A stretch of 64,000 bases of DNA from Eledone cirrhosa (taxonomy: Eukaryota), in assembly GCA_964016885.1 (NCBI GenBank), contig OZ024743.1, forward strand, positions 73,408,001 to 73,472,000, read 5' to 3'. Shown piece after piece: positions 13,921-26,529 of this stretch; the first letter of the stretch is position 1, and every line of letters starts with the position of its first letter. A program made the position numbers and the translations under genes. The notes under the pieces are model-generated. The model was not told the DNA's origin and did no database searches. It saw only the letters and a program-made list of their open reading frames with translations.

Positions 13921-15173
13921 CATCATCATCATCATCATCAACGTTTAACGTCCGTGTTCCACGCTTGCATGGGTTTGGACGGGGGTAGTCCCACTTGAGG
14001 CAAGAGTGATTGTCTTGCTCGCATAGGACTGTCTGGCAGGTTTTCTACAGTTGGATGCCCTTCCTAACACCAACCACATTTACAGTGTGGGTCTGGGAGG
14101 TTTTTACCGTGTTGCCTACACGGCCACATTACAGCGTGGACTGTGTGTTTTTTTGTCGTGACACCTACACGATCTCATTTGTTTCGGCCTCGATGGCGCG
14201 GCACCAACATAACTTTACATAGAACGGGGTGGTGTGGATCGGGTGGGGGTGGTGGTGGTGGGACGGGGTGTATTTTGTTAGAGATGCCTACTGGCTGGAG
14301 TAGGTTTTACTATATATTTAGGTAAGGCGGGTCTTCTCTGTTACTGAGTACCGCCAAAGGTCTCGGTCCAGTGACATTGTCTTGGAGAGGTGTAAGTGTG
14401 TGATGTCGGAGTTTATCAGCTCGTCCCAGGTTTTTCTAGGTCTGCCTATTCCGTGACTACCGTCTATCTTTATTGCCCTGCACTTTGTTATACAGCTATC
14501 GACTTTCATGCGCATCACGTGTCCATACCAACGTAGCCTTCTCTCGAGTAAACAACATCTGATCCCTCTTATCTCTAATTTTTTCCTTAGTTCGTTTATG
14601 CTTTGCCGTTCACGTATATTACTGTTACACATCCAGCGGAGCATGCAAGCTTCGTTCCTCTCTAGTCCGCGTATATCCTCTGCACACAATGCCCAGGTCT
14701 CACTGCCATGCAGCATTGCTGTTCGTATGCAGGCATCGTACAACCTGCCTTTCATTTTTAGTGAGAACCCTTTAGCAGCTAATAGTGGTATAAGCTCTCT
14801 GAACTTTTTCCAACCAGTTCTGACTCTAGCTACAGTACTTTCAGAGCACCCTCCCCCACTGCTGATTTTATCGCCCAGGTAACGGAAGCTGTCCACTATT
14901 TCTATAGAACCCTCTGCGCAATTGAAAGAGCTAGTAGTTTGTGGGCACTTGCTGCTACTTATTGCACCAGAGCACCGGCCACATGTAAAATCTATGTTCT
15001 TAGTTAGCTTACCTGTGATCCCACTACATCTTTTATGCACCCATACTTTGCATTTAGGACATAAAATGGAGTTTCTACCTACGCCTTTCCTACACACCGA
15101 GCACGACCATTTCCCAGAAGGGGCCGCCGCCTTGTTTTCTTTCCTACAAACTAGTACTTTGGTCTTAGCCAGG
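13921..15173 (-). mobile_element. 5'-truncated RTE-clade LINE with (TGA)n tail
   Basis: ORF 14318-15097: CRKGVGRNSILC..C..WVHKRC, FRYLGD, LRWYGHVMR, GRPRKTW. (CAT)n at 13921-13939. Confidence 0.85.
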
Positions 15174-15219
<46 letters not shown>

Positions 15220-15263
15220 AAGTTAAATAAAAGTCAAATGATTAAAATTTAGCTTCGTTTATT

Positions 15264-15318
15264 ACTGCTATATATATTTCAGTGACAGCCATCTTTGGCT
15301 GTGACCTCTTCAGGCAGT
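15264..15318 (-). ncRNA. Minimal type I hammerhead ribozyme motif, canonical core
   Basis: ACUGC-CUGAAGA-GGUcACAGCCA-aaga-UGGCUGUcACU-GAAA-UAUAUA-UA/GCAGU. Confidence 0.8.
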
Positions 15319-15653
15319 TTGAATTAGTATGGTATAGACAAGTACATATGTTGTTTAGGTGTATGATATTGTCAATACTCTGATATGCCCAGTTCCTTGT
15401 TGGGTTGTTAATTCACTGGGGAACTGGAGTCATATCCAACATAAACTCAAAATATATATATATATATACCGTATTATTCAATTAATAAAAGTTGGTTGAT
15501 CATATAGTCCGCCGACTTTGTTATTGTAAAGCGTCGTAAAGCACTCTGCCATTTGCATTCCTTAGGATTTTCTCGGTAAATATCAACCGGTGTTTCAATA
15601 TTATGTATAAGGGAGACGGTTTTATTTGTATATCTTCTTTTTATTATATAATT

Positions 15654-15722
15654 CTATTATACGTATTTCGAAGATGTACGAGTGGTTACATAATAACATT
15701 GTGACATGTTCTCATCAGACAA
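15654..15722 (-). ncRNA. Minimal hammerhead motif
   Basis: UUGU-CUGAUGA-long stem II-GAAA-UACGUA-UA/AUAG. Confidence 0.6.
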
Positions 15723-16076
15723 TTTAAGATGTGTTGTTTTATGTTTTGACATGCTACTTATTTATGGTAGTGTTTACATTGCTAACCATTATACATATGG
15801 TATTCTAGTAGTTATTTAGGGAGAGGGAGGCTAAATTGTAGCTGGCATTCTAGTGACTGAAAGTAGGGTAAGGCATCAAATTACCAGAGGGTTCAGTCTC
15901 CAGTTCATGAATGATCTGCTTATTTGTTTCTTAATTTGTTTCAACTTAATTCTCCGTATTTATATTTCCATCCTAGGCATTAATTATTAGACATTCCTCT
16001 GTAACTATGTATTGAAGTATAGTTTAGTAAATATTTTTTCGTCTAGTTCAGATTAATGTTAACAGAATTAGTTAAT

Positions 16077-16173
<97 letters not shown>

Positions 16174-16182
16174 ATATATATG

Positions 16183-16252
<70 letters not shown>

Positions 16253-16282
16253 AAAGAATAGAGGTGTAACACACAAGTTATT

Positions 16283-16471
16283 ATATATTGGTAAACGGAA
16301 TAGAAAATGCTGACAAATTGTTCACAGTTGAAAAATGACACACGCAAACACACATGCTCCACGGTGCAATACAAAAAAATATATTTTTTTGTATTGCACC
16401 GTGGAGCATGTGTGTTTGCGTGTGTCATTTTTCAACTGTGAACAATTTGTCAGCATTTTCTATTCCGTTTA

Positions 16472-16480
<9 letters not shown>
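16283..16480. repeat. ~200-bp essentially perfect palindrome
   Basis: TTGGTAAACGG...CAAAAAAAT|ATATTTTTTTTG...CCGTTTACCAA. Confidence 0.9.
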
Positions 16481-16505
<25 letters not shown>

Positions 16506-16514
16506 GGTTTCATA

Positions 16515-16905
16515 TATAGGCACAAGGCCACTAGCTTTGGGGGAGGAGTTAGTCGATTAAATCGACCTCAGTGTATTATTGGTACTTTATTGTATCGACC
16601 CCGTAAGAATGAAAGGCAAAATTAACCTCGGCAGGATTTGAACTCAGATCATAAATGGACGTAACTCTTGCTGCACTGCATGGCGTCTGACCCTATACTG
16701 ATACTGCCAATCCACCGCCATTATATACATATTTAATTGTTTTTACTTTTGGCACAAGGCCAGCAAATACCCAGTACATTACTGGTACTTTATTTTATCG
16801 ACCCCGTATGGATGAAAGGCAAAATTAACCTCGGCGGCATTTGAACTCAGATCGTAGAGAGACGTAACTATGCTGGAAAGCATGTCCAACCCTCTACTGA
16901 TACTG
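16515..16905 (-). mobile_element. Two adjacent Deu/Nin-like SINE copies
   Basis: Reverse complement of the 2739-2923 SINE, at 16515-16720 and 16738-16905. Confidence 0.8.
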
Positions 16906-17136
16906 CGGAGTGGGAACTAGGTGTCAAAATATCATTACTATGCTTATTCGCGTGTGACGCGCGTTTCGTGATCGATCCTCTCGAGGTACAATCAGTATCG
17001 ATCACGCCCTATTCTTGGAACCCTATTCATTAATATTATTATTGATACATTATTTGTGAAGGATACCAACCACGGTTTAACACCAAATGTTCAATACCAT
17101 ATAGTAAACGTAATTTATCACACCGATAAACTACAA

Positions 17137-17199
<63 letters not shown>

Positions 17200-17569
17200 C
17201 GTCTGTGAGTATGTGTGTGTGCATGTGTGTGTGCGCGTTTGTGTGCATGTTTGTGTATGTAAAATAAACAGAAACAACAAAGGAAACGTATATTGAAGAA
17301 ATATATTAGTTTTACGCTTAAAATAGGAGGAAACGTGTCTTAACGTTTCGGACAATAATTCTTCATCGGAAGATAGAGTTAGAAATGAAAGATGAAATAG
17401 AAAGATTGAAAGTGAGAAGAGAAAGGGACGCGGAATGAGGAAAGCACACATGCGTATTCTGTCAGCCATTTTGATCTATCGACAGTCGATCGACTTTTGT
17501 CAAATCGGACCGAGGAATCAATGTTTCGATTGCTCTTTCCAATTGCTAACACTATCTATCGGTCGCAAC

Positions 17570-17705
17570 TCCATGTAGAAGAAGCAACGTGAAATAAAGT
17601 GTCTTGCTCAGGGACATAACGCATCGCCCGGTCCGGGAATAGAACTCACAACCTCACGAATCCAATTATCTAACCACTCAGCCACATGACTACACACTCA
17701 GCCAC
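17570..17705 (-). mobile_element. Second tRNA-derived SINE family
   Basis: Minus strand: A box TGGCTGAGTGGTT, B-box-like GAGTTCTATTCCC, then CCCTGAGCAAGACACTTTA. Confidence 0.6.
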
Positions 17706-18327
17706 GCGCCTACATTTGATCTATGTAAGAAGTAAAATATACTCATTTATAAACTATCGATCTTATTTCAGTCTATGTTAGCTAGGCTTCACGATTCAAA
17801 CATATTTAAATCTGTTTAAATGTTTACGTCGTATTAAATATCTACGTTCATGTATAAATATTGTCCATAACAACTTGTATTCTTTCAATAAATATTTAAT
17901 TCTTATATGACTATGAAAGAGAATTAGTGAGACACATTACTATTTTGTCTTCGACTGTTGGTAAAGTTTAGATTTCTATTGCTTTAATTAAATGTGACAT
18001 GTCTCTAAACATACATGTGATATTGTGGTTGGTTAACAACATGCTAGGATATTATATGGACTTCAATTCAAGACCAAATCTTTCTGTCAATATATCGCAG
18101 AACAGTAAAATTGCCAGGCAATAGTCAATCGTTTGTAAAGTACAGCGGCCAAACTAGAAAACTTCCCGAAACTTTTCAAAACTGGAATTCTAAAAAAAAT
18201 AAAACAAAATGAGAGAAATTTATAAAGGAATCAACTTGGAAGTCTTCCATGTTGTCTATTAAAAATACTTAAAAGAATTATTTCTATCATTTAAACTGGT
18301 CACATTGCTTATTAATTTGTAGCTTAT

Positions 18328-18504
18328 TATTGATGTTGTTGTTGGTGTTGTTGGTGTTGTTGTTGATATTGTTGATGTTGTTGTTGTTATTGTTGTTGTT
18401 GATGTTGTTAATATTGTTGTTGTTGGTGTTGGTGTTTGTGTTGTTGTCGTTGTTGATGTTGTTGTTGTTATTGTTGTTGTTGATGTTGTTAATATTGTTG
18501 TTGG

Positions 18505-18535
<31 letters not shown>

Positions 18536-18895
18536 ATTGTGGTTGTCGATGTTGTTAATATTGTTGTTGTTGGCGTTGGTGTTGTTGATATTGTTGGTGA
18601 TATTGATGTTGTTGATATTATTGATGTTGTTGTTGTTGATGTTGTCGTTGCTATATTTTTAGTTCTCATTCCTGTAGTTGTTATTGTCCGTGATGTTGTC
18701 GTGGTGATGGTGGAGGCTGATATAGGGGGGGGGTATTGTCAGTGATGTGGTGGTGGTGATGGTGGAGGGTGATATGGGGGGGGGGGTTATTGTCCGTGAG
18801 TTGTGGTGGTGATGGTGGAGGCTGATATAGGGGGCGGGGTTATTGTCCGTGAGTTGTGGTGGTGATGGTGGAGGCTGATATAGGGGGCGGGGTGT
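18328..18895. repeat. Degenerate (GTT)n tract followed by ~51-bp G-rich tandem repeats
   Basis: Direct inspection: TTATTGTCCGTGAGTTGTGGTGGTGATGGTGGAGGCTGATATAGGGGG occurs about 4 times. Confidence 0.85.
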
Positions 18896-19012
18896 TGCCG
18901 TCTGACATAAAACTTGTCTGTTGCGACAATGTAATAGAGAGTATTTACTGCAGACTTCACGTCTCCGGGAGACTGGAACATATCTCTTTAATGGAACTAA
19001 ACTTTTTCTGCT

Positions 19013-19093
<81 letters not shown>

Positions 19094-19196
19094 ATACACA
19101 TATGGCAAGCACACTTAGAGATGCATATATATTTACATACATATATACATACATATTTACACGCACACATACATATATATGGATACATACTTATAC

Positions 19197-19249
<53 letters not shown>

Positions 19250-19334
19250 GATACATACTTATACGTATATATATATATATATATATAATGTATAGAGAGA
19301 TGTATGTATATAAATATATATACATATATATATG

Positions 19335-19365
<31 letters not shown>

Positions 19366-19395
19366 CCCTCTGTCTGTGTATATATATGTATATAA

Positions 19396-19450
<55 letters not shown>

Positions 19451-19743
19451 CATATATATATGTATATATATATATTTACATTTCAGTAAGATAGACGGTG
19501 TATTCTGTTTAGTTGAACGTTTTTCAAATTAACTGTATGTAGAGATTTGTTGCCATAATAAAAGTCAGTCAGTCATTGTTGGAATCGTTTAACCAATGCC
19601 GGCACTATTATATTAGTATATACAACAGGAGTATAGATGTATGTATGTATATATGTAAATGCATTCATATATGCATGTGTGCGTGTGTGTGCGAATGGTG
19701 TGTGTTTCAGTTTGTGTGACTATATGCGATGTGTGTGTGTGTC

Positions 19744-19818
<75 letters not shown>

Positions 19819-19823
19819 ATATC

Positions 19824-19905
<82 letters not shown>

Positions 19906-20006
19906 TATAGAGTTTACGTGTCTGTGTACGTAGGTTTGGGAATTTTCTTTAGTAAATCAACCAATGATTTCAAAAACAGTTTATTTATATATGTGTGTGT
20001 GTATGT

Positions 20007-20123
<117 letters not shown>

Positions 20124-20345
20124 TCTGTGTGTGTATAAATTTCTCTTTGATTAACCTTCACCTCACTTTATTTGAACTTCTGGTAAACACCTTTACATGA
20201 AAGGTATTTTGTTTATTTAAATAATATAAACATTTTATTTCTACTAAGTTAACCATATTCTAAAATAGTTTAACCCTTATGCAATTTCAATCTTTTTTTA
20301 AAATGCGTTGAAGGACGTGAAATACTCTCGCAATCGCATAAATTC

Positions 20346-20392
<47 letters not shown>

Positions 20393-20396
<4 letters not shown>

Positions 20397-20570
20397 TGTA
20401 ATAAACAACATAAGATAATTATTTCATTTTCCAAAGCTTTCACGAAGACATACGAGCTTGGCACTGCCTTCAATCGTCAGATTCAAGACAGACGTATGTG
20501 CCAAGCTCGTCTGTCTTCGTGAAATCTTTGGTAAATAAAATAATTATATTATGTTGTTTATTACATAACT
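20393..20570. mobile_element. Fold-back element with hammerhead core on the minus strand (20433-20490)
   Basis: Inverted arms. Minus strand CUGACGA-U-UGAAGGCA...UGUCUUCG-U-GAAA-GC-UU. Stem I not evident. Confidence 0.6.
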
Positions 20571-20633
20571 CAAAAGCTCAGTAGCCTACATAGAGCACTC
20601 TCATTTCCTTTACCTTTCCTACGGAAACACTTC

Positions 20634-20702
<69 letters not shown>

Positions 20703-20853
20703 TTAAAATAATCAAATAAAAATTCAAGTCATTAGGAATATACTTCACTGCTTTACGATCGTTTCTAGGTGATACTAATACATGGTACGCATATTTCGTT
20801 ATCGATCTATGTAAGGGTAGTTACAAAATATCAAATAAGGAATATATTTACCT

Positions 20854-20916
20854 ACGTGTATATCGTCAGCCGTTATCAAAAGCATTGCTTTTGACAACGG
20901 TTGACGATATACACGT
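20854..20916. repeat. ~62-bp hairpin
   Basis: ACGTGTATATCGTCAGCCGTT...AACGGTTGACGATATACACGT. Confidence 0.85.
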
Positions 20917-20983
20917 TCAAACTGATTTTAAAACGATAAGTTCTTGTTTTGGGGATATGGTACTATTTATAAAACAACTTTTG

Positions 20984-21044
20984 TATTTTATCTGATGAGA
21001 GCGTTCCAAAATGTTGGTACCCTTGAAATCTATATAATAAAATA
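20984..21044 (+). ncRNA. Hammerhead motif (family of 2562/5640)
   Basis: 8-bp stem I UAUUUUAU/AUAAAAUA around CUGAUGA...GAAA-UCUAUA-UA. Confidence 0.7.
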
Positions 21045-21205
21045 AATATGGTTTTATTAATATAGTTTCCATTTATTAATATCATTGATATTATACTCTA
21101 GAAGAATACTGTAGAGTGCTTCTAATCTGTTATAAATAAATTTGTTGAATAATCAACAAATTAAATATCTATTTGTTGAATAATCAACAAATTAAATATC
21201 TCTTT

Positions 21206-21255
<50 letters not shown>

Positions 21256-21529
21256 ATATGTTTATCTATCTATAAATTAATAAACATATCTATCTATCGG
21301 TTAATCTATCTATCTTGTTATCTCTCTCTCTCTATATATATATATATATGTATATATATACATCCGTCAACGTGTGTTTATAAAAGATTGAAATTGTATA
21401 AGAGTTAGAATATGTTTAACTCAGTGGAAATAAAATGTTTATATTATTTAGATAAACAAAATACCTTTCATGTAAGGGTTTTTAAAAGAAGTTCAAATAA
21501 AATGAGGTGAAGGTTAATAAAAGTGAAAT

Positions 21530-21575
<46 letters not shown>

Positions 21576-22405
21576 GTCTATATTATCCGAGACACGCCAC
21601 AACCGAAACACAAAACCACCATCCCAATTTTACTTCTGTTAATCATAAGAAATATAAAACTGCTACAGTAAATAAATATTCTTAAACGACTCAAGATGCA
21701 TTTTTAAATTCTTCTCCTTATATATATATATATTGGAAAGGTAAAAGACAAAACAATAATAAGGAGTGCAGTTACGAAAAGTGTTGAGTTCACGCTTGAG
21801 AGTTACGAACAGTATTAGGTTCACGCTTCAGAGTGGGGGAGGGGGACAACGTTTCGGGCGTATGCCCTTCATCAGGAGAAAGGTGGGAAGGAAACGAGTT
21901 CCGAGAGGGTCTGCGGGGGAGTGGTGGAAAGACATTAAAATAAAGGGTAAAAATAAAAATGAAGGAAAAAAATTGTTTAATGAAAACAAGTGGTGAAAGG
22001 GTGTGAGGCGTGTAGAGGTGATGGTGGGATGGATGGAGGGTGAGGAGAAGGAAATGGGGGTCCGAGTGGGGAGGGAGGAAGGTGGTGTGTGTAATATGTG
22101 TAGGTGTACGTGTGTGTGTGTATGCGTGGATGTGAGTGAGATAGTTTGGGGGAGTACGAGGTTCCATGCTCGGGTGTTAGGAAAACCTGTGTGTACATGG
22201 AGTGGGGTGCAAGTCTGTGTGCGTGGGTGTGGATGGAGATGGGTCGGAAGGGATGGGGGATAGGGAGCGTGCAGAGTCCGGAGGATGAGTGGGCGTATGT
22301 GAGGATACGCACGCGTGTGTGTGTGTTTTTGTGTGGTGTGGATACGTGGGAATGTATGGTTGCGTGTGTGCGAAAATAGTGTAAGTGCGTGTGTGTGTAT
22401 GACAA

Positions 22406-22491
<86 letters not shown>

Positions 22492-22610
22492 ATGTATGTA
22501 AACGGTAAAGAGACATAACAAATATAACAAAACAAACGGTTCAGTATATGGAAGAAATATATTTGTTCAACGCTTGAAATTACAGGAAGTGTGTCTTAAC
22601 GGTTCGGGCA

Positions 22611-22684
<74 letters not shown>

Positions 22685-22847
22685 ATAGTAGAGCACTCAG
22701 TCCGTGGGTCGAGTTTCGTAGAAGTAGTTCTACAACAGTTAGTTTACCCTTTCTGAGAACAATTGTTTCACCTTATTCGGTTTAAATGAGATTGTACTTT
22801 ACATTATTTTACTACATATATGTATATATATATATATATATATATAA

Positions 22848-23030
22848 TAATTGTTTCTAATTTTGTCAGCAATTACCCAGTACATTACTGGTACTTTCTT
22901 TTATCGACTCCGTAAGGATGAAAGGCAAAGTTAATCTCGGCGGGATTTGAACTCAGATCGTAAAGGGACGTAACTCTGTGTGTCAAAGCGTAGCGTTCGA
23001 CCCTCTACTGATATTGCCAATCCACCATAT
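22848..23030 (-). mobile_element. Deu/Nin-like SINE
   Basis: Reverse complement of the SINE consensus. Confidence 0.8.
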
Positions 23031-23050
23031 ATATATATAATAATAATAAT

Positions 23051-24442
23051 GATTTCTTCATTGGCCATAAGGGCTGACATCAAGAAAAACATTACAGACG
23101 GCACAGGACGGTACAGGACGGTACGATGTGGGTTTTGTGCGTGTAAAGATTTTTATTATTTATATAGAAAAGAAAAAAAAGACATAGAAACATATATATA
23201 TATATATATAAACAATAAAAATGAAAATTAAAACAATGAAAAAATTCCCCAATAGGGGTGAAAACTCAAAGGGTTACTCCTGGCGAAAACCACACAAAAG
23301 ACCACGGCCACCCTGACCACCAGGGCAAGTGCCCTCTCTCAATTTTTTCCATTTCTTAAACTACAGGCGTATATTCAGAGCGGTCCCGTTCACTCGGACC
23401 ATTCTCGCTACATTCACCCACCTTTCAACATACTTGCTAGAAGGCGTTACTTGCCTCTCCACCCTGATTTTCCTCTTCAAGTGAAAATTGAAAAAGTTAA
23501 TTAGGGATTCGCCGAAGAGGAAAATATCTGTCTTTAACCCTTTCAACCTTGTCCACCACACAATCTCTTTCGCCATGGCCACCAGGCAGATGAAAACTGC
23601 CTCCCCTTCCTCCTTGAAGGAAGACGGCGAGACCATCTGTACAATGGACTCAGTCGATAACCGGATCAGTTCTACACGCGACAGCAACTGTTCGACATAG
23701 CTCCACAAGTCATCAATGCTCGGGCACTGAACGAGTGCGTGCACGACGGTTTCGTCGCTCTGCGCGCATCTCGAACAGGCTCGGCTGATGGCACTTCCGT
23801 GCCTGTAGAGCTTATCTCGAACCGGCAACGCTCCCCGGTAGCACTGCCAGGCCAGGGATTTTTGGAAGTTATCCATAGGCCCTGGGCTGAAAGTTCTCCG
23901 GAAGAGAGCAAATAGCTGATCTTCTTCGACGCCCAGGATCTCTCCGAGAACGTCGTCGCTCTTCCCCTCCACTAGTCCTCTATAGAACGCCGAGGTGGAT
24001 GTTCCACCGATACTTGTGCCCAGCTGAGAGAGGGCAGTGAGCGCCTGGAGACATTCCAGTTTCCAAGCGCTATCCCTCGGTCTTTTCCTGACCCAGGACT
24101 GCAGCTCCGTCAAGGAGACGAGCTGTGGGAAAACGTGCCTGGCGAACGGCGACCACACCTGTTCACCGTCAAGGAAGCACCAGCGATGTCGCAGCCTCAG
24201 CGCATGTTTGCGGATCATCAGCCATGGCATCCCCAGTCCTCCACGCAACGGGTGTTGACAGCAGATGGATCGTCTGAGTATGGGAGCGCGTCCCGTCCAC
24301 AAAAACGTCCCGTCCACATTTTGGTGAGAGTTGGGCCGGGGCAAGGGACAACGGTGAGGCGGTAGCAGATGACGGATGCGATGTACGTATTCGCCACCTC
24401 CACCCGGCCTTTGAGGCACAGCTTTCTCTTGGCCCATTTCTG
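23051..24442 (-). mobile_element. 5'-truncated Tx1/L1-type LINE (second subfamily)
   Basis: ORF 23361-24437 is homologous to the C-terminus of the 1139-aa ORF2 (GGLGMP, CSRC...ETVVHALVQC). (AAT)n on both sides. Confidence 0.9.
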
Positions 24443-24480
24443 AATAATAATAATTGTTTCTACTTTTGGCACAAGGCCAG

Positions 24481-24577
<97 letters not shown>

Positions 24578-24578
<1 letters not shown>

Positions 24579-25425
24579 GGAAGAGCAGCCTTAAGGGAAA
24601 ATCCCTTCATAGTACCTTCTTTGAGAAAACTGAATTTAGAGATCCACAGATATGGAACTGGTTGAGAAGAGGAGACCTCAAAAAGGCTACAGAAGGAATG
24701 CTAATGGCTGCGCAGGAGCAGGCCCTCAAAACGAAGTGGTTGAAGCACCATATCTACAAGGAGGAGGCTAGCCCACTGTGCAGGATCTGTGGAGAGAGAG
24801 AGGAGACTGTGGCTCACATTGTGTCCGAGTGTAAACACCTAGCCCAGACCCACTATAAGGGCTGGAGACACGATGTGATGGGCAGGGTGATCCACTGGCA
24901 CCTGTGCAAAGTAAACAATCTACCACATTCTGAGAAATGGTATGAGCATAGGCCAGAGGCGGTGATGGAGAACAGTCAGGTGAAGGTGCTGTGGGATTTT
25001 AGGATACAGACGGACAAAAAACTGGAACACAATAGACCTGACCTGGTGGTTGTGGACAAAGAAAAAAGATCGTGCCTGATTGTGGATGTGGCCTGCCCGT
25101 TCGACACGAGAGTGCAAGAGAAGGAGAGGGAGAAAATTAACCGATACCAGGACCTAAAGTGGGAGGTGAAAAGGATTTGGAACTGCCATGAAGTCAAAGT
25201 GATCCCGATTGTCATAGGCGCACTGGGGACTATCTCCAAAGGTTTCCAGGGATGGTTAAAGAAAATAGGCCCCTTCACGCTTTTTGGAACGCTTCAAAAG
25301 GCATGCTTGCTTGGAACGGCAAGAACCCTCCGATACGTCCTGAATATCTGAGGCTGCAGGTAGTGGCTTGATATTCAATCCAACGGACTTTCCAGTTAAC
25401 CAACATCAATGACTGAGATTCAAGG
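24578..25425 (+). mobile_element. 5'-truncated R4/Dong-type RLE retrotransposon
   Basis: CRIC...ETVAHIVSEC zinc knuckle, RHD, RPD and K..RY restriction-like endonuclease motifs. (TAA)n on both sides. Same family as 43013-45488. Confidence 0.9.
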
Positions 25426-26529
25426 AATAACAATAATAATAATAATAATAATAATAAAGAAGACGCACGAGGTGGTAGAAGGTCATGAAATCGCTCCCGT
25501 AAGTTTTTGATTTTTAACATATTTAAATCAATTGTGAAATAACAATTCTTAGTACAAATAATGCATGAAACTCCGAATCAAGTCTCATAAAATTTCGGAT
25601 CCATAATATATTGTTATATCGCTCAAATATTCAATTTTGTATTATATATTTTATATTCAAAAAAGAAAATGGTTATAAATGGAAGAAAACTCCATCTGTC
25701 TACACTATATAGAACAGCCAAATAACAGCAATTTCACCAACACCAGAAACTTGATACACCACCTACCCCATCACCCCGCTGTGTACACTAAATATAACAG
25801 CCAGATAACGGCAATTTCACCACCACCACCACCACCAATCCCAGCATCATAATAATAATTACTATTATTATTGTCTCAAGTTTTAACAAAATGTTTAATT
25901 CCAATTTTACGGGAATATCTCAACACATATATTAAACATACGCGACACAAACAAATAGATACTACAGATCAAACAAAACTAGTCTATTCAACACAGATAT
26001 TAAACATACGCGACGCAAACGCATAGATACTACATATAAAAAAAACCTAGTCCACTCAACAAAACTCAGTAACGACAACGCCACCGCCGCCACCACTCCA
26101 TCCATCATTGCTACCACTACCCCATCACCGCCGCCACCACTCCTTCATTGCTACCACCACTATTCCCCTGTTAACTTAAGAAAGGGGAAGGTGGCGGTAT
26201 CACTAGACAAGGGAGAGGCTAGCAAAAGATATAAATAGATTGACTTAGTGACCTGCCCACCGGCCAAATGTCAACAACTATGGCACTGCTGGCTCCCCCC
26301 ATCCTCACCAACAATATAAAAAGCCCCAGCACCACCACCGATATAGCCAACAACAATAACGGGCAACTTCAGCAAAAAGTATATTATATTATTGTAATGC
26401 ACTGGGTGATTGCTGGCCTTGTGCCTGGAGTGGAGACAATTATCATTATTAATAATTTCATTCTTAAGCCACGCAATGCTCACATTAAGGAACCACTCAT
26501 GATAATAACAATTTAAAAAAACAACAAAA

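Noticed and set aside
18259-18669. Mucin-like Thr-rich ORF
   Set aside because: Degenerate (AAC)n trinucleotide tract that is open in several frames and lacks clear splice support.
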